Positions 15,968 through 24,415 of a DNA stretch of 40,448 nucleotides are shown here, piece after piece. The DNA is taken from positions 1-40,448 of IMG/VR virus record IMGVR_UViG_3300037714_000168; one strand, given 5' to 3'. Numbering within the stretch: the stretch's first letter is position 1; each line of letters starts with the position of its first letter. The notes below the pieces were generated by a model. That model was not told the DNA's origin, did not search any database, and saw nothing but the letters and a program-made list of their open reading frames with translations. This DNA is from a virus (Duplodnaviria; Caudoviricetes). A program made the position numbers and the translations under genes.

Positions 15968-16314
15968 GTGGTTTTCCTCAACACTGTCCTGCCGTCCAGT
16001 GTCCGCTTGAATTTCGACCCGCGTCCGCAGGGCAGGGGCGTGCGGGACGGGGGCTTGCCGAGATGCGCCGCGCGCTGCCGACCGGCCTTGGCAATCTGCG
16101 GAATATCGCCGCCGTAGGTCTTCGCATCGTCACATGTCGCGCAAATGACCTGACAGTTCTCCAGCGTCGGCTGGCCGCCTAGGGCATCAGGTAGTTTGTG
16201 GTCGAACTTGAACTTGCCGACCGTCAGCCGCGTGGCGCACCCAGGCATCTCGCACTGCCCCTTGCACCGCTCATAGGCGGCAACGCGGACACGGGCGGGG
16301 AATTCGCGTCTCAC
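15964..16314 (-). CDS. HNH endonuclease
   Basis: C..C...FDHKLPDALGGQPTLENCQVICATCD HNH motif; GTG start overlapping upstream stop. Confidence 0.85.
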   Translation of the reverse strand: MRREFPARVRVAAYERCKGQCEMPGCATRLTVGKFKFDHKLPDALGGQPTLENCQVICATCDDAKTYGGDIPQIAKAGRQRAAHLGKPPSRTPLPCGRGSKFKRTLDGRTVLRKTT

Positions 16315-16766
16315 AACGGCGCAGTCCACTGGCCAGTGTCGATCATGTATTGCTCGTACATGCGAGTGAACTTCACCACAGCACCGGCATTGCCAGAAAT
16401 ATCGGCCCGCGATTTAACGCCGCATGTGCGCCGGATGAAGGCAGCAGCCGCCTCTTCCTCCCATATTCCGCATGCCCACATCTGAAACCGCTTGTCGTTC
16501 GCCAGTATCCCGGTCTGGGTTGGCAGGGGCAGGGTGTGGAAGGGCGTGCGTTCCTTTGCCGGTTCCTCGGGCTGCGCGGGCTCAGGAGCGGCTTCCTGCC
16601 CCTCGACCACTTCCGCATAGCCGACCATGAAGATCGTGCCTAGCGGCGCGGCGGCGAGGTCCGGAGATACATCCGAGGGATGGACCGTGAAGGCGATTAC
16701 CACGCCGTCCTGCGTCTGCCGGTAGGCGTGCTTCTTGGCCTCGAATGCGCCTTTGATCTGGGGCAT
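16311..16766 (-). CDS. Conserved phage hypothetical protein (recombination module)
   Basis: GIL..D.RFQ.W......AA..IR..CGV.SR pattern; between SSB-like and HNH genes. Confidence 0.65.
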   Translation of the reverse strand: MPQIKGAFEAKKHAYRQTQDGVVIAFTVHPSDVSPDLAAAPLGTIFMVGYAEVVEGQEAAPEPAQPEEPAKERTPFHTLPLPTQTGILANDKRFQMWACGIWEEEAAAAFIRRTCGVKSRADISGNAGAVVKFTRMYEQYMIDTGQWTAPL

Positions 16767-16775
16767 GGCTACACC

Positions 16776-17405
16776 CTAAAAAGGAATCTCGTCGTCGAGA
16801 TCGCCGTGCGCGCCGTAGTCATCTGGTGACGTGACCGGCGGAACATCTCCGTTCGGCTGGACGGCCTTGGCGAGCTTGTCCTTGACCCACTGCGGCAGTT
16901 CGTTGAATTGTAGCCGCTCGTCATCGGAATACCGGATGATCGCGTTCTCCGTCGTGCCGACTTTCGGCATGCCCTTGGGCCAGCCGGCGACATTGGCGAT
17001 GTTGGCGTAAGTCTTGCCCTCCTTGATCGCATGAACGATTGTCACCTGACAGCCGACGCTGAGCAGCTTGAACAGATCAAAGCCGTCAAGCTCTTGTTCG
17101 GTGAACGCTTTGCCGCGCCACGCCTGCAAATCCTTCCGCAGGTTGGCCTTCTCCGACAGGCTCAGCGTGTAGGTTTTGCCAATGACCATCGGCCCCGAGT
17201 GCTGCTGTCCCTCTTTGTCTGTCCAGTCCAGGCGCTCATGCGGCAGTTCCCATCGGATGTAGCACTGATGCTTGACTGATGCCTGTCCCTGGTAAGTCGT
17301 CTCCTGGAATCCCAGGTCAACGACCATGTTACAGATCGCGAGATGCGTTCCCTGCGGTACAGGAGTATAATCCCCACCGCCGGTATCCTTCGCTACGAGT
17401 GGCAT
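16776..17405 (-). CDS. Phage ssDNA-binding-like protein
   Basis: G.H.A.C..VVDLG.Q...YTLSL.EKANLRKDL..WRG motif and acidic DDEIPF tail. Confidence 0.75.
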   Translation of the reverse strand: MPLVAKDTGGGDYTPVPQGTHLAICNMVVDLGFQETTYQGQASVKHQCYIRWELPHERLDWTDKEGQQHSGPMVIGKTYTLSLSEKANLRKDLQAWRGKAFTEQELDGFDLFKLLSVGCQVTIVHAIKEGKTYANIANVAGWPKGMPKVGTTENAIIRYSDDERLQFNELPQWVKDKLAKAVQPNGDVPPVTSPDDYGAHGDLDDEIPF

Positions 17406-17632
17406 CAGTCTGTCTCCTTCGATGTCAAAATATTGGGGCCTTCCACGTATTCGCTACAGTCGCCCCGGTTTATTGACCGGCAGAGCGCGTACGGCTCATG
17501 CCAGCCGCCGTCAGTAAATCTCCGCCTTGGCTCGGTGGGGGCTGCGTTGCAGGTCCACCGGTACTCTGGCCGTAGCTTGGCGGCGCTGTTGAGTCGCGAA
17601 CAACATCTACAGAGCGTGATTCCCTCAGCCAT
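17405..17632 (-). CDS. Cys-rich hypothetical protein
   Basis: CxxC and further Cys; TGATG coupling to SSB-like gene. Confidence 0.55.
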   Translation of the reverse strand: MAEGITLCRCCSRLNSAAKLRPEYRWTCNAAPTEPRRRFTDGGWHEPYALCRSINRGDCSEYVEGPNILTSKETD

Positions 17633-17796
17633 TCCAGCCTCGCTATTATGTCGCCGATCTTCTCATGCGGACGGTCGGCCCAGCCGTGGCCGTATGACAT
17701 GCTGAGCAGTTTGGTTCGGTCCTGGATTTCGTTCAGCAGTTGCGACCGGCGGAAGCGCATCCAGGCGGCGTGCTCGCGTTGCTGGGCGGGGGTCAT
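17470..17796 (-). CDS. Hypothetical protein (overlaps next gene)
   Basis: ATGA coupling at 17793-17796. Confidence 0.4.
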   Translation of the reverse strand: MTPAQQREHAAWMRFRRSQLLNEIQDRTKLLSMSYGHGWADRPHEKIGDIIARLEWLRESRSVDVVRDSTAPPSYGQSTGGPATQPPPSQGGDLLTAAGMSRTRSAGQ

Positions 17797-17930
17797 GGGC
17801 GCATCCTTTCCCGATGGTTTGGATCCCAGCGCCATTTATCGCGCTCATCCAGTTGGCCGGAGCGATAGCCCACACCAAAGCCGAAGCCGACAATGATGCA
17901 AATCATGATCGCCAGCACAAGACCGCTCAT
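17793..17930 (-). CDS. Small TM protein
   Basis: MSGLVLAIMICIIVGFGFGVGY; ATGA coupling. Confidence 0.55.
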   Translation of the reverse strand: MSGLVLAIMICIIVGFGFGVGYRSGQLDERDKWRWDPNHRERMRP

Positions 17931-18118
17931 CCCGCCACCACCCCCAGCGCGATCCACAGCGCGGCCACGACGGCAGCGAAGACCAGGCCGTACCAGAACC
18001 ATGTTGCCAGCTTGGACGGCGGCTCCTGCTCTGCCCAATGCGGGTCTGTGCGGGCGAGGCCGAAGAACAGGTTAGCCGGGCTGTGCAGCGGCGGGGCCGT
18101 GCGGGGCGTGGGGGTCAT
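17927..18118 (-). CDS. Small TM protein
   Basis: C-terminal TM; GGAG RBS. Confidence 0.55.
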   Translation of the reverse strand: MTPTPRTAPPLHSPANLFFGLARTDPHWAEQEPPSKLATWFWYGLVFAAVVAALWIALGVVAG

Positions 18119-18119
18119 G

Positions 18120-18386
18120 TCAGGGCTCCGTTCCTATATCGTAGTTTCCGATCTCCTCGGCCTGATCCAAGCGCGCTTCCATCATGTCGAGAGCGCGGCG
18201 AAGGTCAGCCATTTCGCGCCGCAGCCAAACGGCGTTGAATTCCTGTTGTTCCTCGGGCAGCTCTGGATTGACTGATAGGAAGCCCCAGCGCATGGACTTG
18301 CCCGCTGCGGCCAGGACTTCGCCGGCCTCTTCGATCAGATAGCCGAGCGTGTCGCCAAGGCTGATTGGCCGATACTGTGGTTTCAT
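18120..18386 (-). CDS. MazG-like nucleotide pyrophosphohydrolase
   Basis: LIEEAGEV...GK..RWG......N...L.REMAD acidic helical motif. Confidence 0.65.
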   Translation of the reverse strand: MKPQYRPISLGDTLGYLIEEAGEVLAAAGKSMRWGFLSVNPELPEEQQEFNAVWLRREMADLRRALDMMEARLDQAEEIGNYDIGTEP

Positions 18387-18440
18387 CTCACCCTCTCCAT
18401 GTGCAGCGGCGGGGCGAGGCGAGAGGTGGGGGTCATGGCA

Positions 18441-18593
18441 TCACCTATCGTCCCGGTCGCGCCACTTGTCTTCGCCGTCCTCTCGGTAGCTTTCGAGATG
18501 CCACCGATAGCCACATGCGAGGCAAGTGAGGGTCATGCCCTCAACGCGCCCGCCCTCTTGTTCGTAGTGATAAGCACCACAGTTCGGACACAT
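18441..18593 (-). CDS. Zinc-ribbon protein
   Basis: CPNCG...CLACGYRW. Confidence 0.6.
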   Translation of the reverse strand: MCPNCGAYHYEQEGGRVEGMTLTCLACGYRWHLESYREDGEDKWRDRDDR

Positions 18594-18751
18594 GATTATA
18601 ATCCTCTCCGCTACTCCCGGCCGCCGGGGGAACTGTGCAGGGGCGGCCGGGAGTCCGTGCGGTACATGCGCGCCCAGCATGCTAGGGAGCCGATAGGGAA
18701 TTGCGGTCCAACCGCAACTCTACTTGTCACCCGCCGAGCGCGTGCGGTTGG

Positions 18752-19315
18752 TCAACGGGCGTATCTCTCGCAAAGTTCGCGGCACCAACTGCCCTGCCAG
18801 TCGCAGCGCCGGCCATACTTCCGATGAAGCGCCTTCATGCCGTCGAGGTTGTCTGTGCAGATATCATCCCAAATGTCGTGCCACACCACGTTCCAACGCT
18901 GTCCTTTCGGTGGCTGCCATGTATAGGCGTCGGCGCCGATCATTGTCAGGCGCGGGTCTGTGATATGCTCGCCAACAAGTCGGACGACCTCGGGGGCCAG
19001 TTCAATCACGGTGACGGCGTGAACATCAGGCTTAGCAAGTGCCATTTGAACGGCGACACCAAGACCTAGGCCATTAATCAGCACGCCGCCGGTAGCGCGA
19101 TGCTGGAAATACATCAGGTCGCGCAACTCTGCCTGCGTGTTTGACATGATAACGCGACCGTTGCGCATCAACCGATGAAAGGCGCCCGGCTCAACGCTGC
19201 GAGCCCCAGGCTTGAAAGCAGAGCGGATACGGTCAAGCTTGGCGTCGTCTTCGGAGATTACGAACCGTTCCACTGCCCATGCGCCATCGGTGGCCTCTGG
19301 CAATTGAAGTTTCAT
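18752..19315 (-). CDS. Spermidine-synthase-like class I SAM-dependent transferase
   Basis: VLINGLGLG motif I, VTVIE, ADA, WHDIW; TGATG coupling. Confidence 0.8.
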   Translation of the reverse strand: MKLQLPEATDGAWAVERFVISEDDAKLDRIRSAFKPGARSVEPGAFHRLMRNGRVIMSNTQAELRDLMYFQHRATGGVLINGLGLGVAVQMALAKPDVHAVTVIELAPEVVRLVGEHITDPRLTMIGADAYTWQPPKGQRWNVVWHDIWDDICTDNLDGMKALHRKYGRRCDWQGSWCRELCERYAR

Positions 19316-19419
19316 CAATTTATCCCCACAACGAACGCCGCGAACAGCAGCCCATAGACAGCCATGCCCACGACCACGGTCCACAGGGCGTCGGGACGGC
19401 GGGTGTAAGGGCTAGTCAT
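19315..19419 (-). CDS. 34-aa TM peptide
   Basis: Start lies in 21-bp boundary repeat; hydrophobic C-terminus. Confidence 0.5.
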   Translation of the reverse strand: MTSPYTRRPDALWTVVVGMAVYGLLFAAFVVGIN

Positions 19420-19599
19420 GGTCGGGCTCCTGGTCATGCATCGCAGAAAGCGCATTGAGTTGGGCCGTGACCGCATTTGCCGCCCGCAATGCCGCAAGTG
19501 CTTCACCGATGTTGCCGATTGCGTAGGCGATTTCCTCGGTAGCCCGTAGCCGCCGAAGCTCAGCAAGGAGCGTCTCCCGGCTAGTCATGGTCGGGCTCC
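19410..19599. repeat. 21-bp direct repeat GGCTAGTCATGGTCGGGCTCC (19410-19430, 19579-19599) containing RBS, start and stop
   Basis: Exact match read from sequence. Confidence 0.9.
19412..19588 (-). CDS. Hypothetical helical protein (58 aa) flanked by the 21-bp repeats
   Basis: GGAG RBS; ends EPDHD like upstream gene. Confidence 0.55.
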   Translation of the reverse strand: MTSRETLLAELRRLRATEEIAYAIGNIGEALAALRAANAVTAQLNALSAMHDQEPDHD

Positions 19600-19940
19600 G
19601 GGGGTGCGGGGAAGGGGAATGGTTTGGGAACTTCCCGCCAATATGTCGGGTCAGCCAAGCCGCAAGGCTCAATGCCGTCGTTCCAATTCTTCCAGCGTGC
19701 CGACCAGTGCCCGGCTACACACCACCACAGGCATGTGGCGTGATCTGGGTGGCCTACAAACTTTGCGAGCAGAATCTTGTGCCCATCCCTCGGCGCCGTC
19801 TCTATCGGCAGCCACTCACCCGCAGCGCGGCGAAGGGCGGAGGCGATCAAGTCGGCTGAGCCAGCGGAAATCATCAATTGGTCGCAAAGCCTGATTTGCA
19901 GCACAATCATGCCGGCCTCTTCATCCCACCTATCGGCCAT
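19581..19940 (-). CDS. DUF551-like protein
   Basis: WLPIETAPRDG...PTYWR..P motif. Confidence 0.75.
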   Translation of the reverse strand: MADRWDEEAGMIVLQIRLCDQLMISAGSADLIASALRRAAGEWLPIETAPRDGHKILLAKFVGHPDHATCLWWCVAGHWSARWKNWNDGIEPCGLADPTYWREVPKPFPFPAPPEPDHD

Positions 19941-20100
19941 CGGACTCACCTTTCTGCCCATCCAGCGCCGCCAACTGCTTTTGCAGCTCCGCCTGTTTTG
20001 CCCTGAGCGACAGCCGGTCGGACGCGCCCAATCGGAACCGGAACAGCATGTGACACTCGACCTCTTCAAGCTCATCCAGAAGGCGTTCGCGCTCAGACAC
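19930..20100 (-). CDS. Hypothetical coiled-coil protein
   Basis: GTG start with GGGAG RBS; operon context. Confidence 0.5.
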   Translation of the reverse strand: MSERERLLDELEEVECHMLFRFRLGASDRLSLRAKQAELQKQLAALDGQKGESDGR

Positions 20101-20299
20101 CGGGCTCTCCCCTCTGGCGGGCGCGGGCCAAACGCGACGCATCTTCGATGTTGCCGCAATAGGCCAAAATATTGATGGCCTCTTCCAGTGCTTCGTCCAG
20201 CTCCCCCACCAGCTTCTCCGCCGCCTCGGCGCGGGTTTTCAATCGCGCAATGCGGGCCTCAAGCTGCTCCAGTCTGTAGGCAGCGAGTTTAACCGTCAT
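20093..20299 (-). CDS. Hypothetical coiled-coil protein
   Basis: ATGA coupling; heptad pattern. Confidence 0.55.
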   Translation of the reverse strand: MTVKLAAYRLEQLEARIARLKTRAEAAEKLVGELDEALEEAINILAYCGNIEDASRLARARQRGEPGV

Positions 20300-20673
20300 T
20301 CCGCAGCCCTCCGTTCATCCGGACCATCGTCGAACAGCCGCACCTGCTCCCGAAGCTGCCGCCGGTATTCATCGGCAAGCCGCTTGCCCTGGCCTGGAAA
20401 CAATTCCTCCATGACGGCATTGAGTTCCCGCCGCCCCCGTGCGCCAAACGGGTTCCGGGGCGACCGCCGCCCTGCAATCTCTGCCTCGCAAGCCTCAATC
20501 TCATCCTCAATGCAGTCCATCCGGTCGGACAGGATGACGGATAGGTAAATATTGCCGAGCTGTCGTGCCCGTTCCCATGCGGCCTGAGCCAGGGCAAGCC
20601 GTTCCTTCAGCCGCTCGACATGCTGCGACAGGGACAACGACGGGGCGTTGAGATAGGGCGAGGTGGCGGTCAT
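20296..20673 (-). CDS. Hypothetical protein
   Basis: ATGA coupling, AGGAG RBS. Confidence 0.6.
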   Translation of the reverse strand: MTATSPYLNAPSLSLSQHVERLKERLALAQAAWERARQLGNIYLSVILSDRMDCIEDEIEACEAEIAGRRSPRNPFGARGRRELNAVMEELFPGQGKRLADEYRRQLREQVRLFDDGPDERRAAE

Positions 20674-20999
20674 GTGCCGGGCTCCTTGAGAGCGCTAACG
20701 GTGCGGGCCAAAAACTCCGCATCTGTCGCCCTTGCCTCGGTTGCGGCCAATTCAGCATGCGGGCATCGTCGGTGGCGCTTAGATTCCAGAACACCGCGAA
20801 CAGTTTCCGCACGGTCTTTACAAATCTGTATGGCTTTCCCCAGCGCCTCCGCCCGCGCTTCGCGTACGGCATTCTTCGCATTGACCTCATACCCGGCCGC
20901 GTCGAGGGCGGAGAGGATGTCGTCGGTGATGGCCTTGCAAAATTTCAGGTTCACGTACCTGCGTTGCATGCGGGCAATCAGCACATCTCTCGGGCTCAT
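20670..20999 (-). CDS. Hypothetical protein
   Basis: ATGA coupling; ALDAAGY pattern. Confidence 0.6.
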   Translation of the reverse strand: MSPRDVLIARMQRRYVNLKFCKAITDDILSALDAAGYEVNAKNAVREARAEALGKAIQICKDRAETVRGVLESKRHRRCPHAELAATEARATDAEFLARTVSALKEPGT

Positions 21000-21202
21000 G
21001 GCTTGGTCATCCTGGATAGGAGGGCGCGGGCTTTGTCGAGCGCCGGCTTTGTTGGGAAGGCGCCGTCAGTCGTTTCAACAGTCATCTGCGAAAGTTCAAT
21101 GAGCATGTCCCGCAGCTCCTCCGCCGACCGGTACGGCTCCGGAAGATATTCCACGAGCACCCGCTGGCCGTTATCGCATGTGATGGTCTGGCGCTCGCTC
21201 AT
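20996..21202 (-). CDS. Hypothetical protein
   Basis: AGGAG RBS, ATG 21202. Confidence 0.55.
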   Translation of the reverse strand: MSERQTITCDNGQRVLVEYLPEPYRSAEELRDMLIELSQMTVETTDGAFPTKPALDKARALLSRMTKP

Positions 21203-21206
21203 GTCC

Positions 21207-21779
21207 CTACTCCTGTGCAGCCGGGGCGGTGGGGTCGCGAAGGGGCTGGCCGGTGGCGAAAAGATAATCGACGCGCTTGCCAAGCGATCTCGCGAAGTCT
21301 ATTTCGCGGCGCGTTGACGAGCCGATATAGCCGCCGACGTTCACCACGAAAATGGCATCCGAAATGGCTATTTTGTCGAAGTGCAGGCGATCAAGGTTTT
21401 GCTTTTCGGGCGCCTTCTCGTCGCCGTCTAGGCAAAGATGTTTGGCGCCGCGCGGCTGATCGGCATGGCCATACATGGCGACGGAAAGCACGATGCAGCC
21501 CATCATTCCGAGGTGCGCGGCGGCAAGCTCGAAGGCATCTGGGAAGCGCGTGGACCCGCAAAGCGTGACGATCAGTCTGGCGGGCTGGCCCTCTATTGCC
21601 CTCCCGTTGGCCTTGCAGGCGGCTAGAAAATCCCGACAGGCGCCTTCATAGTCGTGTCTGACTTCGGGGTAATCATCGTCAACAACCGCCGTCAGTTGGA
21701 GCCGGCGCCACTCCTTCGCGAGACGATCCATGGCGTCGAACTCGACGTTTTGCCGTCCAATGCCTTTGTTAGACTGCAT
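21207..21779 (-). CDS. Nucleoside deoxyribosyltransferase-like (DUF4406-type) protein with N-terminal extra domain
   Basis: IVTLCGSTRF...H..KI..SDAIFVVNVGGYIGSST..EI..A..LGK motif; GGGAG RBS. Confidence 0.7.
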   Translation of the reverse strand: MQSNKGIGRQNVEFDAMDRLAKEWRRLQLTAVVDDDYPEVRHDYEGACRDFLAACKANGRAIEGQPARLIVTLCGSTRFPDAFELAAAHLGMMGCIVLSVAMYGHADQPRGAKHLCLDGDEKAPEKQNLDRLHFDKIAISDAIFVVNVGGYIGSSTRREIDFARSLGKRVDYLFATGQPLRDPTAPAAQE

Positions 21780-21792
21780 CTCCCTCTCCCTG

Positions 21793-22062
21793 TCAGGCGG
21801 TGGCGCGGGCGATGGCGGCTTCGAGTTTCTGTATATATGGCTCAGCACTGGCCCAGCCTTCCAACCATTCCTTGGCGGCCTCGCATGCAGCCAGTAGCTC
21901 GGGCGTGGCTGCGCAGAGGCGGGCGTTGGCCTCTTGCTCGTCTTCGGTCCCCTCGTAACATTCGCAGACCATCGTGCCGTCCTCTGCCTCGACGGTGTGA
22001 TAGCGCCCTTCCAGGGCCGGGCCTGTCTCGTATGTCCAACGCCCCGCCGTGTGCTTCGGCAT
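21793..22062 (-). CDS. Conserved phage hypothetical protein
   Basis: KHTAGRW...EANARL.AATPELL.A...AAIARA family pattern. Confidence 0.7.
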   Translation of the reverse strand: MPKHTAGRWTYETGPALEGRYHTVEAEDGTMVCECYEGTEDEQEANARLCAATPELLAACEAAKEWLEGWASAEPYIQKLEAAIARATA

Positions 22063-22074
22063 CTGTCTCTCTCC

Positions 22075-22284
22075 TCAATCGGCCCGGGCGGGTGGGGTGG
22101 CAGTGGCTGCATCAATTGCTGCCGTTAACGACTGCGGCTTTTCGCCTGCGACAACCTTTCGGACGCTGAAAATCACATCGCCACAGCTTTCTTGTTTCTT
22201 GGCGAAAGCCTTTGCCTCGCGCAGCGTCGGGAAAATCTGCTCCCATGCCGGCATCGTCTCGCCGTAAACAACTCGGTAGTTCAT
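22075..22284 (-). CDS. First gene of the leftward early operon, hypothetical
   Basis: Purine-rich RBS, ATG 22284. Confidence 0.6.
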   Translation of the reverse strand: MNYRVVYGETMPAWEQIFPTLREAKAFAKKQESCGDVIFSVRKVVAGEKPQSLTAAIDAATATPPARAD

Positions 22285-22411
22285 CTCTCTCTCCGTCCAT
22301 CTCCCCCAAAGGGCCGGCCAGGGAATTCGTAGCGCCCTGGCCGGCAGGCTTGGAGGAATCGCGGCTCCCAGGGAGGGAGGGGCCGGTCGAGCCAATGTGG
22401 CTGACAGGAGG

Positions 22412-22452
22412 AGTGTAAAGCCGCGCTTTCGGTACTGTCAAGCCAAACTTAC
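22412..22452 (-). promoter_or_regulatory. PL-like promoter with two operators (OL)
   Basis: Minus strand TTGACA (22436-22441)-18 nt-TACACT (22412-22417); AAG-N5-CTT operators at 22416-22430 and 22438-22452. Confidence 0.75.
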
Positions 22453-22533
22453 GCGCGGAGGCAAAGAAATAGGGCGCCATGACAGGCGCCCCTGGAAAAT
22501 CGGGTTACTCGGCCGGCGTCGCTTTGACGAGCC

Positions 22534-22980
22534 TTAGGACGCGCGGCCGGTCTGAGGGTCCTGGGCGGCGGCCTCGGCGCCTTGCTGCCTCTTCAGGCGA
22601 GCGGCTCTGATCCGCTCGTACCAGGCCGCGCGCTCTTCTGGGGGCAGTGGGTCAAGCTCCTGTATGAACGCTCTCTGTTCGACTGGTGACATGGTTGGCT
22701 CCTTCTCCACACCAGTAGCGTCGTTCACAGAGGTTGACGATTTCTTAACGCCAACATCCTCAGATTCTATGGGTTTTGGCTCATTTCCTGTGGATAAATA
22801 CTCCCAAGATCGCCGTAATTCCTTAACGAGGGCTGGGATACGCTTTGGTTCCGGCAGCGCCACGTCGTTTTCCCACTGAGAGATCGCGGCCCGCGACACG
22901 CCGAGCTTCTCCCCGAGCTTCTCTTGCGTGTCATGCCCCGTTGCGATGCGGGCTTCTCGGATTCGGCGGCCTAGCGTCAT
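22534..22980 (-). CDS. cI: CI-like XRE HTH repressor, no S24 peptidase domain
   Basis: LGRRIREAR...TQEKLGEKLGVSRAAISQWEND HTH; divergent from cro. Confidence 0.85.
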   Translation of the reverse strand: MTLGRRIREARIATGHDTQEKLGEKLGVSRAAISQWENDVALPEPKRIPALVKELRRSWEYLSTGNEPKPIESEDVGVKKSSTSVNDATGVEKEPTMSPVEQRAFIQELDPLPPEERAAWYERIRAARLKRQQGAEAAAQDPQTGRAS

Positions 22981-22986
22981 GCCGCC

Positions 22987-23056
22987 ATTATGAAAGGCGG
23001 GCTTACCGGCTGGAACGAAAGACTGGCTTGACATAAGCGAAAGTCACACTTAACCT
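22987..23056. promoter_or_regulatory. OR region: three operators with divergent PR and PRM promoters
   Basis: GAAAG-N5-CTT at 22992-23006, 23017-23031, 23039-23053; PR TTGACA(23028)-17-TAACCT(23051); PRM -10 CATAAT (minus, 22987-22992) 6 nt before cI ATG. Confidence 0.8.
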
Positions 23057-23064
23057 GTCCGGCC

Positions 23065-23280
23065 ATGAGCCGAGAAATCATTGAGCGCGCTATCGAGGCC
23101 GCCGGCGGACAGACCGCGCTTGCCAAGGCCCTGGGGATCAAGACGCAGGCCATCTCGCAGTGGAAGCACAACGGCGTGCCGGCCGAGAAGGCGCTTGCTG
23201 TTGAGCGTGCCAGCGGTGGCAAGGTCAAATGTCACGAGCTACGCCCCGACGTGTTTCCAGCTCCGGCGCCGGCCGAGTAA
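23065..23280 (+). CDS. cro: Cro/YdaS-like repressor
   Basis: AIEAAGGQTALAKALGIKTQAISQW...VPAE...ELRPDVF. Confidence 0.9.
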   Translation: MSREIIERAIEAAGGQTALAKALGIKTQAISQWKHNGVPAEKALAVERASGGKVKCHELRPDVFPAPAPAE

Positions 23281-23852
23281 TGTCCGTCTATTTTCTCCAG
23301 GTCGAGGGCGGCGGGCCGATCAAAGTCGGCGCATCTGCAAATCCTGAGGTTCGCTTGTGTTGCCTTCAGGTCTGGTCTCCCTACACGCTCGTCATGCTGG
23401 CGCAATTTCCCGGCGGGTACGTTGAAGAGGGCTATATCGAGCACCGTTTCGCCGTCGACTTGATTCGCGGCGAGTGGTTCCGCCCCTCCGTCGATTTGCT
23501 GAGCTACATCGAAGCCTGCCGTATCGCTGGCCGTGTTCTTGATGCGTCCGGCCCAGCTTGGAGCGTCTGGCAAACAACTAAGATCGGTCCAGCGCTGGCG
23601 CAGCTTGGCATGTCGTGCGCGCAATTCGGCCGCGAGTTCGGCGTATCGCGAGAGTGCGCAAATAAGTGGGCGCGGTTCCGAGTGTCGCCGAAACGAGTCC
23701 ATGAGATTCAGGCGTTCTTCCAAGCGCGCGGCATCACTCTTGCGCCGCTCCCAAGGTCAGCCCCCACCGCAGACCTTATCCGCAGGGCCTCCAAAGACAA
23801 GGTGACGCACGCCGACCTCGCCGCGATCCAGTCGTCCGAGGCAGCCGAGTAA
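23280..23852 (+). CDS. GIY-YIG (T5orf172/MUG113-like) domain fused to C-terminal HTH
   Basis: VYFLQ....IKVG.S.NP..RL..LQ...E..IE..F.....RGEWF; then LGMS.AQFGREFGVSRE..NKW. Confidence 0.75.
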   Translation: MSVYFLQVEGGGPIKVGASANPEVRLCCLQVWSPYTLVMLAQFPGGYVEEGYIEHRFAVDLIRGEWFRPSVDLLSYIEACRIAGRVLDASGPAWSVWQTTKIGPALAQLGMSCAQFGREFGVSRECANKWARFRVSPKRVHEIQAFFQARGITLAPLPRSAPTADLIRRASKDKVTHADLAAIQSSEAAE

Positions 23853-23968
23853 TGGGCTTCCTCCTCGGCATGCTCTGCGGCGCTCTTCTGACGTTCGCTC
23901 TGTCCTGTGTGCTCTACCCCGTGCGGGAGACGGAGCTGCCGGACGACACGGATGAGGCGGGGGTGTAG
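23852..23968 (+). CDS. 38-aa TM peptide
   Basis: TAATG coupling; MGFLLGMLCGALLTFALSCVLYP. Confidence 0.5.
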   Translation: MGFLLGMLCGALLTFALSCVLYPVRETELPDDTDEAGV

Positions 23969-24415
23969 ATGGGCGCCCTCTCTACCGTGCCGCTCGCTCT
24001 GTCCGAGGCTAACGCTTTTGTGGCGCAGCATCACCGCCACCATAGGCCGGTCGTCGGGCACAAGTTCAGCATCGGCGCGGCAATGGGTGACGCGATTGTC
24101 GGCGTTGCGATCATCGGCCGCCCGGTCGCGAGAATGAGGGACGACGGCCTGACGCTTGAAGTGACGCGCCTCTGCACTGACGGCACGCGCAACGCATGTT
24201 CGTTCCTCTACGGCGCCGCAGCCAGAGCGGCTTTCGCTCTCGGTTACAAGCGCATCGGCACGTACATCCTGGCCTCGGAACCGGGCACAAGCCTTGCGGC
24301 GGCAGGGTGGCGACAGATCGGTGAAACAAGCGGCGGCTCTTGGTCGCGAGATTCCCGGCCGCGCGTCGATAAGCATCCGACGCAGGCGAAGATGCTCTTT
24401 GAAGTGAGCGCCTAG
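23969..24415 (+). CDS. XF1762-family GNAT-fold (Mom-related) protein
   Basis: EANAFV..HHRHH.PV.GHKFS...GRPVAR..DDG.TLEVTRLCTDGT.NACS.LY. Confidence 0.8.
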   Translation: MGALSTVPLALSEANAFVAQHHRHHRPVVGHKFSIGAAMGDAIVGVAIIGRPVARMRDDGLTLEVTRLCTDGTRNACSFLYGAAARAAFALGYKRIGTYILASEPGTSLAAAGWRQIGETSGGSWSRDSRPRVDKHPTQAKMLFEVSA

